This document shows, piece after piece, positions 51,766-64,000 of a DNA stretch of 64,000 nucleotides. The translations under genes were made by a program, and so were the position numbers. The notes under the pieces were generated by a model. The model did not search any database, was not told the DNA's origin, and was given only the letters and a program-made list of their open reading frames with translations. The first letter of the stretch is position 1; every line of letters begins with the position of its first letter. This stretch comes from Lytechinus pictus (taxonomy: Eukaryota), in assembly GCF_037042905.1 (NCBI RefSeq), contig NC_087252.1:20462001-20526000 (forward strand). Direction: 5' to 3'.

Positions 51766-52197
51766 GAGTTATACCGAGCGATATAGAATAACAAAAAGAC
51801 ACCACAAAACGAAAATGGGTCACTTCCATATAAAAATTAAAATATAGGAAGAAGAAGACCCGGGTTCGATGAGTTATACCGAACGATATAGTGGAACAAA
51901 AAGACACCACAAAACGAAAATGGGTCGACCAGTCACTTCCATATAAAAAAAAAATATAGGAAGAAGACAACCCGGGTTCGATGAGTTATACCGAGCGATA
52001 TAGAGGAACAAAAAGACACCACAAAACGAAAATGGGTCGACCAGTCACTTCCATATAAAAAAAAAATATAGGAAGAAGACAACCCGGGTTCGATGAGTTA
52101 TACCGAACGATATAGTGGAACAAAAAGACACCACAAAACGAAAATGGGTCACTTCCATATAAAAAAAAATATAGGAAGAAGAAGACCCGGGTTCGAT
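51766..52197 (+). repeat. Tandem repeat, ~4 x 105-112 bp, each unit ending in CCCGGGTTCGAT
   Basis: Units start GAGTTATACCGA at about 51766, 51871, 51983 and 52095. Confidence 0.85.
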
Positions 52198-52400
52198 TCC
52201 CAAGTGGTGCGCTAGTGCCCTTTGGTAAGGCATTTATCCTCAGACCTTAAGCCGTTGGTCCCCTGGTTGCTTGTTCACAGGCATTCGTGCTTATTTAGCA
52301 GTCAGGTACAAAACCTCGGTATTTTTTCTTACAACATGCAGCTGTGACCTGTGTGTATATACAACTACTGAGCCTATACAACTACTGCTCAGTAGTGCAT
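52185..52400 (+). mobile_element. 5'-truncated tRNA-derived SINE
   Basis: B-box GGTTCGATTCCC followed by GTGCCCTTTGGTAAGGCATTTATCCTCA and GACCTTAAGCCGTTGGTCCC, resembling invertebrate SINE cores. The 3' boundary is approximate. Confidence 0.55.
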
Positions 52401-55400
52401 TTAGACAAAATCTGTTTTCATATGTTCATACTTGTTTATACATTTTAGATTAAAATAAGAAAAAATCAAATCATGTTTGTTGTGGGTTATTACTTCATTT
52501 GTCTAAAAATATTAACACCCGAAACAGGCCAGGCTTTTGACTGCTGTGTGTGTGTGTGTGTGTGTGGGGGGGGGGGGTGGATGCCATTTTTACTATTTTT
52601 TCCCCAGAGGAAACTGTTCAATTTAAATATTCAAAAAAGGGAAAAAGAAGCATGCCTTGTCTGTCATTGGTGGTGAATGATGGTAAATGATGATTAACAG
52701 TAGATGAGTGTTGAATCATTAGGGATGGAAAAATGCGCACAATGGTAGTGTGGGATGTAATCTTCAAGGTTTATGGTCTTTTTTTCAGAAGAATAAAATT
52801 CTATTTATATTAAATACTTTTGCTAATTTATATTTCAATCATACTTTTGGCTCTAGTTCACTAAATGAAGCTCCTACAATGCTATATTGGTAAAAAACAA
52901 ATATTTGTAGCATTATTAACAATCGTAATTGAAAAAAAAAACCGGAAATTTAATGTATGTATTTTATTTTTCTTATGGATTTCATAAGTGGTTAAGTGTT
53001 TTTTAACCTTTTGTTTTTCTGGGTTTTTTTTCACCAAAGTTTTTTTAGGAGCATAAAAATGATAAAATCAACTAAAATTAGCAGATGAAAGTAAAAATAA
53101 TCATATATTTTATGAATGAGATAATGAAAAATCCATTTGCATTGACTTTGTACAGGAAATCATGTTAGTCAGCCCGCTACCGCACGAAAACTGCTTGTAT
53201 TTATCGTACACATACCGTATGCAGCTCGTACGGCTCCTTGCATACGTAATGAGCTCACGGTATACGGGGTGCGCTCGAAAACACAAATATATTTTCAATC
53301 ATGAAAAATGTGCCTCGCCATCATTTTGAATGAATAATATGTCATTTTGAAGGAAAATGTCGGCTCTTTCACAATATCAAATCAACATTACCGTATTTGT
53401 ACTCCCAGATGGTTATATTTTACGTCAAACACAAGCTTACTTTCCTTCCATTTTTATCGAGTTTGGGTTGAAAACAGAGACATAAAAAACAGCTAAAAAC
53501 TATAGGAACCTCACTATTCAGAATGATTTTCGAAAAAGTAGGTATTAATCTTCATTTCGTGTGAATATCGGGTCGTTTTGTTGATCGAACGGGTCAGGTC
53601 CACAGTTTAAAAAAATGGTTTCAAATTCTGAACAAATAAGATACGAAGATTTTCGAATGATTTCCGAAAGCCTACCGAACGCTGCTGACGTAGCGATGAC
53701 GTAATGGTGAATGGACTTGTACCGAGTATTTACGTGCGAAGACTTCTTGGAATGGCGTTATTACAACATTAGCAGTCCATTTCATATAATCTTATCTTTT
53801 CCGATTGAATAATATGATTGATTATAGACAACACATCGTTTGCAGTTCCCAAAAATGTTCGTGTAGCCTAGATATTACAATTTGACGAACAGTGTGCGCC
53901 CACCCATACAAGTCTGTGCTCAGCCGACTCTGGCTTAAGCCAGAGTCCCACTCAAGCACTACCACGAGCGAAGCGGGCTGGGGAGTGGGGGCTCTCTGGG
54001 TTTGCCCTGGCCGTGACTATGTGTGAGGCCTAAGTACTACCCATTCATGCTTTGCTCTTGGATAAATGCATACATCGGACAGTCATTAACGAAACGAAAA
54101 TCTGCAAATTTTGAAGAAAAAAAAAATACACCGCTCACTGCTACCCACAGACTCCTTTGAGTAAAAAAAAAAATGACAGCACTATGATTTGTATTGAAAA
54201 TGAAAATGGCTAAGGCAACTTTGATGAGAAGTGACAGATTTGATTTTCACTATTCTCCCCCCCCCCCAAAAAAAAAAAAAATCAACATGCAATACCAAAA
54301 TTCTTCATTTGGCAATGCCAAGAGCAATTTTGGTTCAATTTTATACACCATTTTTTTTTTCAATGCAAAACATATTTATAGGGGGGGGGGGACAAAATAT
54401 ATATATTTTTCAAAATAAGAGATTTCACATCATTCCACAACTTAACCAGGGAAGACAATTTTGTGCCCGTTTTATTTCTCATGTCACACGATCACTTAGT
54501 GGTTTAATTTCTTTGGACAAATACATTGGGAACCAGAGGAGACGAAAAAATTGTCGCCTACTTGTGGATTTAAAAGCATAACTACATGTACATCTCCTAC
54601 AACCCCCCCCCCCCCACTACACACACACACACACTCTCTCTCTTGCAAATAGTGATGTCTTTTACAAAGCAACAAGCCTCTCAGTCTCATCATTTCTCAC
54701 CAATAAATCACAAATGTATAGCTCATGATTATATACACAAAGGAAATACTTTTTCTTTTAAAACTTTCATGTAACATTTATTCTTTACTCTTCAAAAAAG
54801 AGGGATCTGGCAAGGTAAAAATACAAGGAAAAGGTTACGTCATATGATATTTGTTTAAACAAACAAATAAACCTTCTATCTAAAAATATGCTAATAAAGG
54901 CACTTTAAATACAAGTTTGTATCGTAACTGAGGATACATACATGTACATTAAATACATTGAAGATATCATAAAGTGTGATATGACAAAGTTACATTTTCC
55001 TTTGAAGTGGTCTTCAATGACTACATATACATGTACCTACATATATTGAGAGTAGCACTTAATAGTAATTGTCAGTTGCAAGGCAGGAATAACTGATCAT
55101 CTTTGTATATCACACACTTTAAAAAGTAATTAAAAACACATAAACCTTGGCGAGGTAAAATATACAAGGCACAAAATATAACCATTTCATAAGTTTCCAA
55201 CAAGATATGATAGCATTACCCTGTGATGCTGGTTAATTCTGCACGATTCTGGGTAATGAAACCCAGGTAGATCAAATAAGTATATCAACTAAAGGCACTT
55301 ACCCCAATGCATGAACAAGTAAATGGTATATCAAATGAGTCAAAGACATAAATAACAATAAAACACAGTAAAATATCAAACGTGCTGAAAATAAAATTGA

Positions 55401-56276
55401 GCTCTCAAGGTGGTTAAATGCACATACTCAGATATTTATCATGCACACATCTTGGAATGTCTTTGTCAGCCTTATTACTTTCTTACAATTGACATACAAT
55501 GCATGACACATTTGAATACAAACCTTCGAATAGCAGGTCATAGCCTAATATCACAAGTAAATTGTTGCTATAATACATATTCTGGTAAAACTGCTAAATA
55601 TGTAACAACTTTAAACTGCCACATTTGCATGAAAATTAAAGACAACTATGTGATACAGCTTGATTACTACACAGATACATACTGAGCTTTAAATTGCTCA
55701 TGTATGAACAAATAAATGTTTAAAAAAACTGCATAATTATTGCACAAATATACACTGCATATCAGGAAGACTATCCGATAGTTGGGTTCAACATACACCC
55801 TAAAAATAAAATAATAATTAAAAAAAAGGTGTAATACAAATAATCAAATCAGATACCTGTTGCATACCTGTTGAATAAGCACATTTGATGAATATATACT
55901 GGCAAGTGAATTCCTTTACTTGTTAACCTCTAGGAATAAATACTGAAATACTACATGCTGCAAAAGGAAACAAGCCATAGCAGCAGTCTTATCACACACT
56001 TGTTTGGAAAAAAAAAGAAATATATAAACGGATATATATTTTCAAATATAGCTATAAAAACATATGGCAAAAAAAGATATCAGCGAAGTAACATGGCAGT
56101 TGTATCACCAGTAGGAAAAAAACCTCCAACATAAATTTCTTCTGGATTCCTGAGCACTGTTAAGGGTATGCATGAACAATACATGTTCATTTCTTTGGCA
56201 AAAATTCATAAACCCTTCTTTTTTAAGTATACACATCAGTTATGTATGGCAAGATATACATATAATTATATATATA

Positions 56277-59200
56277 CAGTGCCGGCCGCAGGAAACATCA
56301 CGCCCGAGCACGCAAACACCCTAGGGGGCTTTTGCGTCTAACCGAGGGTATTCAAGGGGAGCAGACGAGGGCGTTTTCCCGGGCCCGCAGTTTCCTGCGT
56401 GCTATATAATATTGGCCGTGCCCGCACTTATCCTCGGGTGCCCTAGGGTACGTACATTGCATTATGTTTACATGTGCATGTACTTTGATTATCTTGTGAT
56501 AGACCATTATGTTTTTACACTAGCGTGATCGGAATCTATTGTAGATTATTATTTTTTTGTAGATGTTATTTTTTTCCTTTTTTTTTTATTCTGTTTTCCC
56601 TTATTCCCTCTTTCCCTTTCTTCCTTCATGTTTTATTCTGTCTTTGTTTCTTTCAAATAATGAAGGAATTCTTTTTATTTCTTTCTCTTTTCCTCCATTT
56701 TTCTTACTTTTCTCTTTTCTCTCCTTATGTTTTTTCTTTCACACATTTATTCATCTTCCCTTCCTTTATTTTAATTCTTTCTTTCTTTATTCATTACAAG
56801 TAATGACGGAAACCGTTCTCTCTTTTATTCAAACTTTTTTCCTTTTAATTTTTCCTTATTCTTTTCTTTCGTCTCAATTCATTTCTTGTTTCCTCATTAT
56901 TTTCTCTTTTCTTTCTTCCGCTCACCCTCCCTTCCCCTTTCTTAATATATTTTGTTAACAAGTCTAACATTGTGTAGCCTTTTTGTTTATTTTTTGGCCT
57001 GGCTCGGTCGATCCGATGGTACATAGTGCTTTGTCGATTGTCCCGTATTTAATATTGTGAAATCTGGTCACCCTGGCTGGAACATCGAATTTATTGTATT
57101 TCATTTACCGCAATGAATCTAATCAATTAATCTAATTTGATGCATTAGGTAAACTTTTTTTCCTTACGCCTTACGTGGGAGGCATACATGTATCATACAA
57201 ACTTGTTTTTAAAAAATAGGACACAATTGTGATTTAATGTCATGGAGATCAATTCTCTATCTTTTGGATATTTTTTTCCATACGCACCCATTCCTCTCCC
57301 TTCAGCGTAAACAATACACCTAATCCCATCTCCTTATTGTGAACAGTGTAAGAACTAGAAAACATTTGAAACATTCTTCCCTGAGTTTAACGGGGTGCAC
57401 AGGGTGGAATCCGGAAAGAAGAAAGAAAGGGATATCAACAAAAAAATAATTAAAATAGATAAAATGCATTAATAAGCAGACTTGATTTTTTTTTGTAAAT
57501 CAAAATTGACAAGTTATTAACAGAGTGAATGTTAACAAACATTAATTACAAACTTAAAATAAAATAGAATTATGAATATCAAGGGCATTTGCGAATTCTC
57601 ATTATGTTAAAACAAACGTGCGGTCAATATTGGGATCGTCAATTCGTTGACATGGTTGATACAACCCTAATAAAGGGAATGAAAGGTGAAAACGAATACT
57701 AGTATGACCAAAATCATACAAAGTAGACGTGCAAAAAGCAAACACCAGCAAAACTGGTTGTGCTCATCGATTTTTTATTTGGTTCTTTTGTTATTGTCAA
57801 CAGTCTGGTAGAGTCTTGCTCCCCGCCCACACATTTGATCTCCTTTGATCACATCCGCTTCCCAATTTATGACAGGATGTTTATAGAAATGAGGAGGGGG
57901 GATTAATTTGTTGATACGCTAACAACAATAAATGAGGATGTTCTTTTCATTTCGGTTCAAATCGGGTCTCTAAAACCCTCACCCTATAAAAAATACAAAT
58001 TTACCTAAATGCAGTAGATGTAACAGATTTATCTTTTTGCTAAAACATCTGATTACATTACCTGCTCTCTATTGCGGTTTTTAAGTTACATTGGTCGATA
58101 TTCGAATTGGGAAGAGATGAAAGTGGTGGAAATAATAAAGGAGAAGAAGGAAGAGGAGGATGAGAAAAATGAAGAGGGGTTGCAGCTTCATAGTGAGAAC
58201 AACCACATATATTTCGCGCAATTTTATATAAAATTATAGATGGGATTAAAACGAATATTAATATCCCTGATACACCTACATGATGATAATAACACGAATA
58301 ATTGACGTCGAAGTAAAGATTAAACTATCATATTTACGAACTGCGGTTTTATATTGTTAGATTTGTCGGACATCAATTAAAGTTATAAACATTGTTTATT
58401 TATTAATTTTATTTCAGTAAAGCAAGATTTTCCTTCGAAATATATTTTGTTATATGAATTGGAAATGATAAAACCAAGTCACAACTTGGTATAATACAGA
58501 ATTCAGTGTTATATGGCAGCTAAAAATAATAATACATGACATTTGTAAAGCGCACTTTCCATCTTGATTGGATGCTCAATGCGCTCCAGAGCAAAGCAGC
58601 AAAAGCTATTTACATAATGTAACTATTTAAAAAAATTCTAGCACATTTAGCTTCAATGTTTAAACACATACCCAAGTAAAAGTATGTTTTCGAAAACTAC
58701 TATGACGTAGTGTGTGGAATGGGTACTTAACGAGTTAATTATCACTTGCCGACAAAGCAAGAATGGAGCTATACAAACCATTCTTTTGTTAAGAGTTTTG
58801 GTGGGTGCTCACGCAAACGCTTACTATCAAATCTAACAATTCTTTTCGAGGAACAACGGAATTAGTCAAGCCAAGTTAAAGAATGAAAGCCCCGTCCCGG
58901 TTCACCTCTATATAGTCGAAAATCCCTTTAATCATCACGTGTGAGCATTACTGAGTAAAACAAGTTTCATAACTAAGTACCGCAGAACTATATGGTATCC
59001 ATATTACCATGAAACAATAAGCCCCCTCTATTTTCTCTTTCTCCCCTTTCCCCTTCTTTTCTTCGCTCCCTTCTGCTTCTCTGACTTTTTATATTTTCCT
59101 TCTCATTTTTCCTCCATCCCTTCCTATTTGCCTTTTTCTTTAATTTTTCTTTCTTGAATGAGCGGATGTTAATTCTGGACAAGTTTTTAATTGATGCAAC

Positions 59201-60343
59201 GAGAGCAGGAAATTGTGAGGAAGGTGAGAGAAAATTATTACAAGATTGAGCGCAAGAATGTTCAATACTTGTCATCAGCGTAAAAATGGGCAGATGCGAG
59301 TTATTACTAACGTATTTTCTGATATGAAAAACTGGACAATTTTATTATGTCTCCCTTCTTCATTTCATTTAATACCCCCCTCTTTATCATTCTCTCTTTC
59401 TCATTCTGTCCTTCCTTTTCTTCCTTTGACTCTTCTCCCCTTCGATTTTCAATCTATTTTCCTTTTCCCTATTTTCTTTCTGTCTCACCTTCCCTTTTTA
59501 ATCCCCTCTGTTTTCTTCTCGATTTTCACCTTTTCCTTATTTCTTTTCTTTACCCCCTCTCCCTCTTTTTCCTCTTCGCCCCCCCCCCCCCTATTTTCTC
59601 TTTCTCCCCTTTCCCCTTCTCTCACTTTTTGCTATTTCTCTTATCTTTTTCCTTCTCGTCTTCAATCCATCCCTTCATATTCGCCTTTTCTTTCATTTTT
59701 GGTTTCTTCTTCTCCCTTTTATCTGCATCTCGTAGATCCGCGCCTGAAAGGCATGTCAGGGTATATAAAAAGGATGACCATGCAGGGAAACAATAGAGTA
59801 AATAGTTATAGGACGACCTCCGGAATGTAGGGTCAACATCGACAAATACCTGCTCCTTTGTCAGAAACTCATTTACAATCACGACTAACCATGTGAGTGA
59901 ATGAAATAACGGACACCACGGAAAGAATATTAATATATAGGAAAGGACCCTTTATGCTGGTCCCAGTGTGTAATCGAACACAATAAGTAATTCGGTGAAA
60001 AAGCCTAAAATCCTAGTTATCAACCCAAAAACTTTGTAATTTTCCTAACAGATTTTATCCGCGATAAATATTCGAAAACTTATGCTTGATATGAGATAAA
60101 AATCACATGCAGTCTTGAATGTGTCAAATCAGCCCTCTTCTTTCGACCAAAAATGCACGACCGAACATCCTACAGAAACACCCTAGGATAGACGCGGGAC
60201 TACCCTCGGGCACTCCCCTAGGGCACTCATGTCCTAGAGGAGCGGACGCGGGCGTCTTCCCTCGTCCGCTCCCCTCAAATGTCCGCTACGGGCTACCGCG
60301 TTCGCCCTAGGGGGCACTGTGACGTTTCCCGCGGCCGGCACTG
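56277..60343. mobile_element. 4.07-kb non-autonomous TIR element with TA TSD (Tc1/mariner-like ends)
   Basis: TA|CAGTGCCGGCCGCAGGAAACATCAC ... GTGACGTTTCCCGCGGCCGGCACTG|TA. The empty site is visible in copy 1 (GTCTG-TA-TATATA, 48141-48142). Subterminal CCCTAGGG repeats; no transposase ORF. Confidence 0.9.
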
Positions 60344-60485
60344 TACAGACAGGTACAATGAACATGTAAGTGAATGAGCTCATTCATACAGGACATTGGA
60401 ACATGCATAAAAATGTTCAAAGTATAAATCCAATGTTAACCTCTTTACAATTAAAACAATTGTAAAAAAGGTTAATTAGTATACA

Positions 60486-63400
60486 TCAGAAAAATTCAGT
60501 TTCAGAGCTATCTGATTCTGTTAAGACGTTCATGACTTTATCATTGTTATGATCAGTACTAAATATAGTACACATGTCTTCGGAAATATAATCATCAATG
60601 TCATCATCTTCCCTGTCATCAATATCATCCTCCCTGTCATCAATATCATCTTCATCATCCTCCTCCTCCTCCTCATCATCATCGGCATTATAGCCTGTGT
60701 TTTTGTCAACACCTTTATCTGCAGGGGTGGCAGGTGAAATGTTTTCACAATTATTGCACCTACACCCTGGACCACACAAATTATTAGCTTTTCTACATTT
60801 ACATTGCCGGTTACGACACTTTGATTTTGAACACTTGCAACCACGTGTAAGGTATAACACATTTTCTTTTATACGTTGCATGTTTTCCTCAGAGTCCCAT
60901 TCAAATTCAACAACAAAATTTTCATCGTTATCAGACACTACAAATCCATATTTTGTTATGTCAGGATACTGAAATTCATGTACTTTAGCCATACCCCACA
61001 CAGTGCTGACCCAGCAGCTTCGTAACCAATGTAAACGTAGGGCATTATCTGATGGCAAGAGCTGGTCTTCATACGTACCTTTCCATGAAGCTTTTCTAAC
61101 TATACCTAAAGCTTTACAATGCTGCTCTTCCAAGGAATCAGCATTGACACTATTATAAAGATCAACAGGAGAGTTATATTTATGAAGACAAGCTCTATTT
61201 GCATTAAAATAAGTACATAGAATTAGGCGGTAAAAACTGAAAAGACCTAAACTTGAATCTGTATCCAATGATGTATTAGTTAGGTTTCCAGGTGTACTAT
61301 GTGTTTGGTGCCCTGTGATAAAGGAGGCATATTGAGAGAATGACTTAAAAAATGTACCCTTACCAAGATGAGCAAAATAGGAAACAAAATCACAGCCTGA
61401 ACATATGTATAGGGTTTGCAGGCATTTTTTTATATCAATGTTATTTTTAACTAACAGACCAAGGTCCGGATCCAAACAACATGCTGATTTCAATTGATTA
61501 AGATGAAGGAACTTCTCAGAACCAGCCCTAGCCCTGAATTGAATTATAATTTCCTTATCTCCAAAATCAAGAGGAAGACCTATCACTCCTACATCCCTAT
61601 CTATTGAATAAATCAAAATCTTGTTGCAAGTGGTATTGTCTACATGAAGCCATATCTGTGTATCACTTTCTTCGTGATTATGAAAAATTTCATGCACATC
61701 TGCCCCATTTTTATCAACTTTAATACCAGTCCACTCAAGATTAATTTGCTCCCCAACATGGAAACCACCAGATGTAATAAATGACTGGTTGGAAGCTTGA
61801 AAATATTGAGGAGCAATGCCAACAAATGCTTGGGATAAATACCGACAGAGCATATGCTTGTTTTGTCTATTTTTCAAAAACGTCATCCAGTTAGAAGGCA
61901 ATGGAATATCATCATTTATAGTTTCGTAAGTATCTGTATCCCCATTCCCATCTCGTCTGCCCCGCTCAACACCTTTAGGAGATATACCCTGTGTATTAAA
62001 TTGATCGAAAAGAATACGTACTTCTGTATACCCCTTCCTGAAAAAAGAAGAAATCCATCTACGTGCTAAAAAGGTTGCATATTCCTTGAACGTTTTGAAT
62101 TGTTTTAGAGGGGAAGTATAAATAATGTTCATACCTTCAATTATAGCACAAAATTGTCCATCATGAAACTCACAAGAGTTGCTTACTATTTCATAATTTG
62201 AATATCTTTTTTCTAATTGGTCATAAATTACTGATTTTGCTCCTTTGTAAGGAAGTCCGTTTGGCAAGCAAATAGCTCGAGGCTTTTCTATGAACTGTCC
62301 TAAATCTGATACTGGAACGTTTCTTTCTTCTGAAAAAGCAAGGGTTCTCTTATAACACAAGGTAATCAGACGTTTTTCTTTTTCTAGGTCATTGACCTTT
62401 TTGGCTCGTAATTTTTCTTTAGAAAATGTTTTTAACCTAAATTTTCTTCTTACTGCTTTTTTAACTGAGGACTCATTTAACATCTGAATTCTACAAAGCG
62501 CGTCATAAGCATCTTGTCCCAATTGCCTGAATTGAAGAAGACATTTCTGCTGTGCTAGTAGAGCCGTTAACATTAGTGAAAACATGATAAAGCTTACTTT
62601 CCTGAACATCAGAGAACATTGAAGTGTTACACAAAACTTGAAAATATGATTTTACATTTGAAAACTCAGCATCAATAACAGATTTCTGAAGGTCACGTTG
62701 AAACATTGTTTTTTGTTTAATTCCAGTTTGATCTTCCAGATTTTTAATTAATTTAGCTTGACACTGTAATGTTGCACTTATTTTTTCTACATGTTGTGGC
62801 AAATGTTGTGAAAATGCAGTCTTGCAATCTTTATTAATAAGCATCTCGTGAGCCTCATCTAAAGCAACCTGAGAATATTCATTTCCAGTGAGGCTTGAAA
62901 CAAAAGCACCTTGTTCAAAATGTTCCAAGATGTATTTAGGTAAGGAATGTAATTGACGGAAATGAAAAGGAATCAAATATGAATAATTTTGCCTATCAAA
63001 TGCAGTGAATAGTGGTACCATTGATTTAAGTGCTGACAGTCTTAAATTCCAATTACCTGTACGGATGGCAAACCACAGATTTATATAGCAAAGACAATCT
63101 TTAACTAAAAACTGGTGCCAAAAATGCAATGTTTCGAACTTTTCCGACATTTCATTACAAAATAACAAAAACTCATCTTGCATTGGCTCAACAAACTGTG
63201 AAATAAATTCATGTTGTGCAGCCAAAAACCTTTGTTGATCCACATATTTACCATCTTTGATATCTACAAAGCTAAGAACATTTTTTACCTTCTCCAAAAA
63301 GACATCGTTTGTAAAATCAATATCATGCTTACTTTTATATGATATGAAACTAGAAACTTGCAACATAAATATTGCTTCATATACTTGTAACAAAAATCTA

Positions 63401-64000
63401 TGAGTGCGTTTGAAATTGGCGCAGCTACCAAGGGTTTTCAATGTTGATTGATTATGTGTTAATTTGGCTACATCCTTCAACCCAGCATCCCAATATATCT
63501 TCATAAGGACCTCTTGAAAATTTTTAAGAATGTGCCAGTCACCCAAAAACGGTATAACCCAATCAAGAGAATCTCCATATTCTAATTTCAAGTTTAACAA
63601 AAGCCGTATAGTGGCACCATCACCTACGATGACTAAATGATTTAAGGAGCGATTAATTTTAAAAGATTCATACAAAAGACCCAATGAACGCTTAATGGTA
63701 TCTGGAGAGTCTGCCTTCTCATTCAATACGTACATGTACGAAAATTGAGATTTGTCTGTGTATTCTTTACCTTCTAATGCTAACTTACATTTGAAACTGG
63801 GTAAGTCAGATGGTATATTTTTGAGAACATAATAATATCTTTCTAAAGTATATATTAGAGCTTTTTTGTACATATCTTTCTCTTGTTTGGAGTCTGTTTC
63901 AGAAAATAAACAATGTGTAAGAGAAAGTTGCGATCTTATTGAAGTTTTGAAAAGAGGAGGTTGAAAAGAAGATGGACCTGGAACATCCATATGGTCAAAT
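60486..64000 (-). CDS. Academ transposase of copy 2 (C-terminal ~1170 aa visible; one frameshift near 62570)
   Basis: ORFs 62503-63990 (DDE core) and 60486-62609 (XPG/PIN-like region plus intact Cys8 GPGCRCNNC). It lacks the stop and the two downstream frameshifts seen in copy 1. Confidence 0.85.

Larger units (their letters stand above)
53166..64000 (-). mobile_element. Academ transposon copy 2, inverted relative to copy 1, continuing beyond the window
   Basis: Intact terminus TAGTCAGCCCGCTAC at 53166. 53182-64000 is the near-identical reverse complement of 44487-51193, apart from the 56277-60343 insertion. Confidence 0.9.

Noticed and set aside
51766..52197. Possible CRISPR-like array (also considered for 3960-4600)
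   Set aside because: Whole units repeat with no unique spacers, there are no cas genes, and the context is eukaryotic.
56525..59882. Phe/Ser/Leu-rich ORFs resembling membrane proteins
   Set aside because: Translations of low-complexity CT-rich tracts.

Overview
AT-rich, repeat-dense eukaryotic (metazoan) DNA. The repeat types resemble sea-urchin/marine-invertebrate repeats, but that is an inference. No ordinary host gene, rRNA, true tRNA or CRISPR array is visible; the window is a nest of transposons. (1) A 10-exon, + strand pseudogene of an integrase-core DDE transposase (IS3EU/Ginger-like) spans about 9051-34394. Its first reconstructed coding intron (9148-11384) has a U12 minor-spliceosome signature (GTATCCTT ... 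CTCCTTAAT ... CAG) and joins the exons in frame. Its introns are filled with MITEs, a solo LTR, Helentron-like repeats and a SINE. (2) A ~16.8-kb Academ (AcademX-type) DNA transposon is inserted in its last exon (34395-51193). The predicted spliced gene joins an SGNH/GDSL-hydrolase exon, two duplicated (PPPPTDH)n exons and a giant exon encoding Cys-rich, DDE, XPG/PIN-like nuclease and Cys8 (CXC) regions. (3) A second, near-identical Academ copy lies inverted, tail-to-tail (53166 to beyond 64000), about 2 kb away, and carries a 4.07-kb TA-TSD insertion. Both copies share one frameshift. The spacer holds a 131-bp hairpin with two octamer motifs, a TATA box, a short ORF and a SINE-junction tandem repeat. 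A RecQ-like helicase N-terminal fragment sits at the window start. All calls come from reading motifs by eye; no database searches were run.
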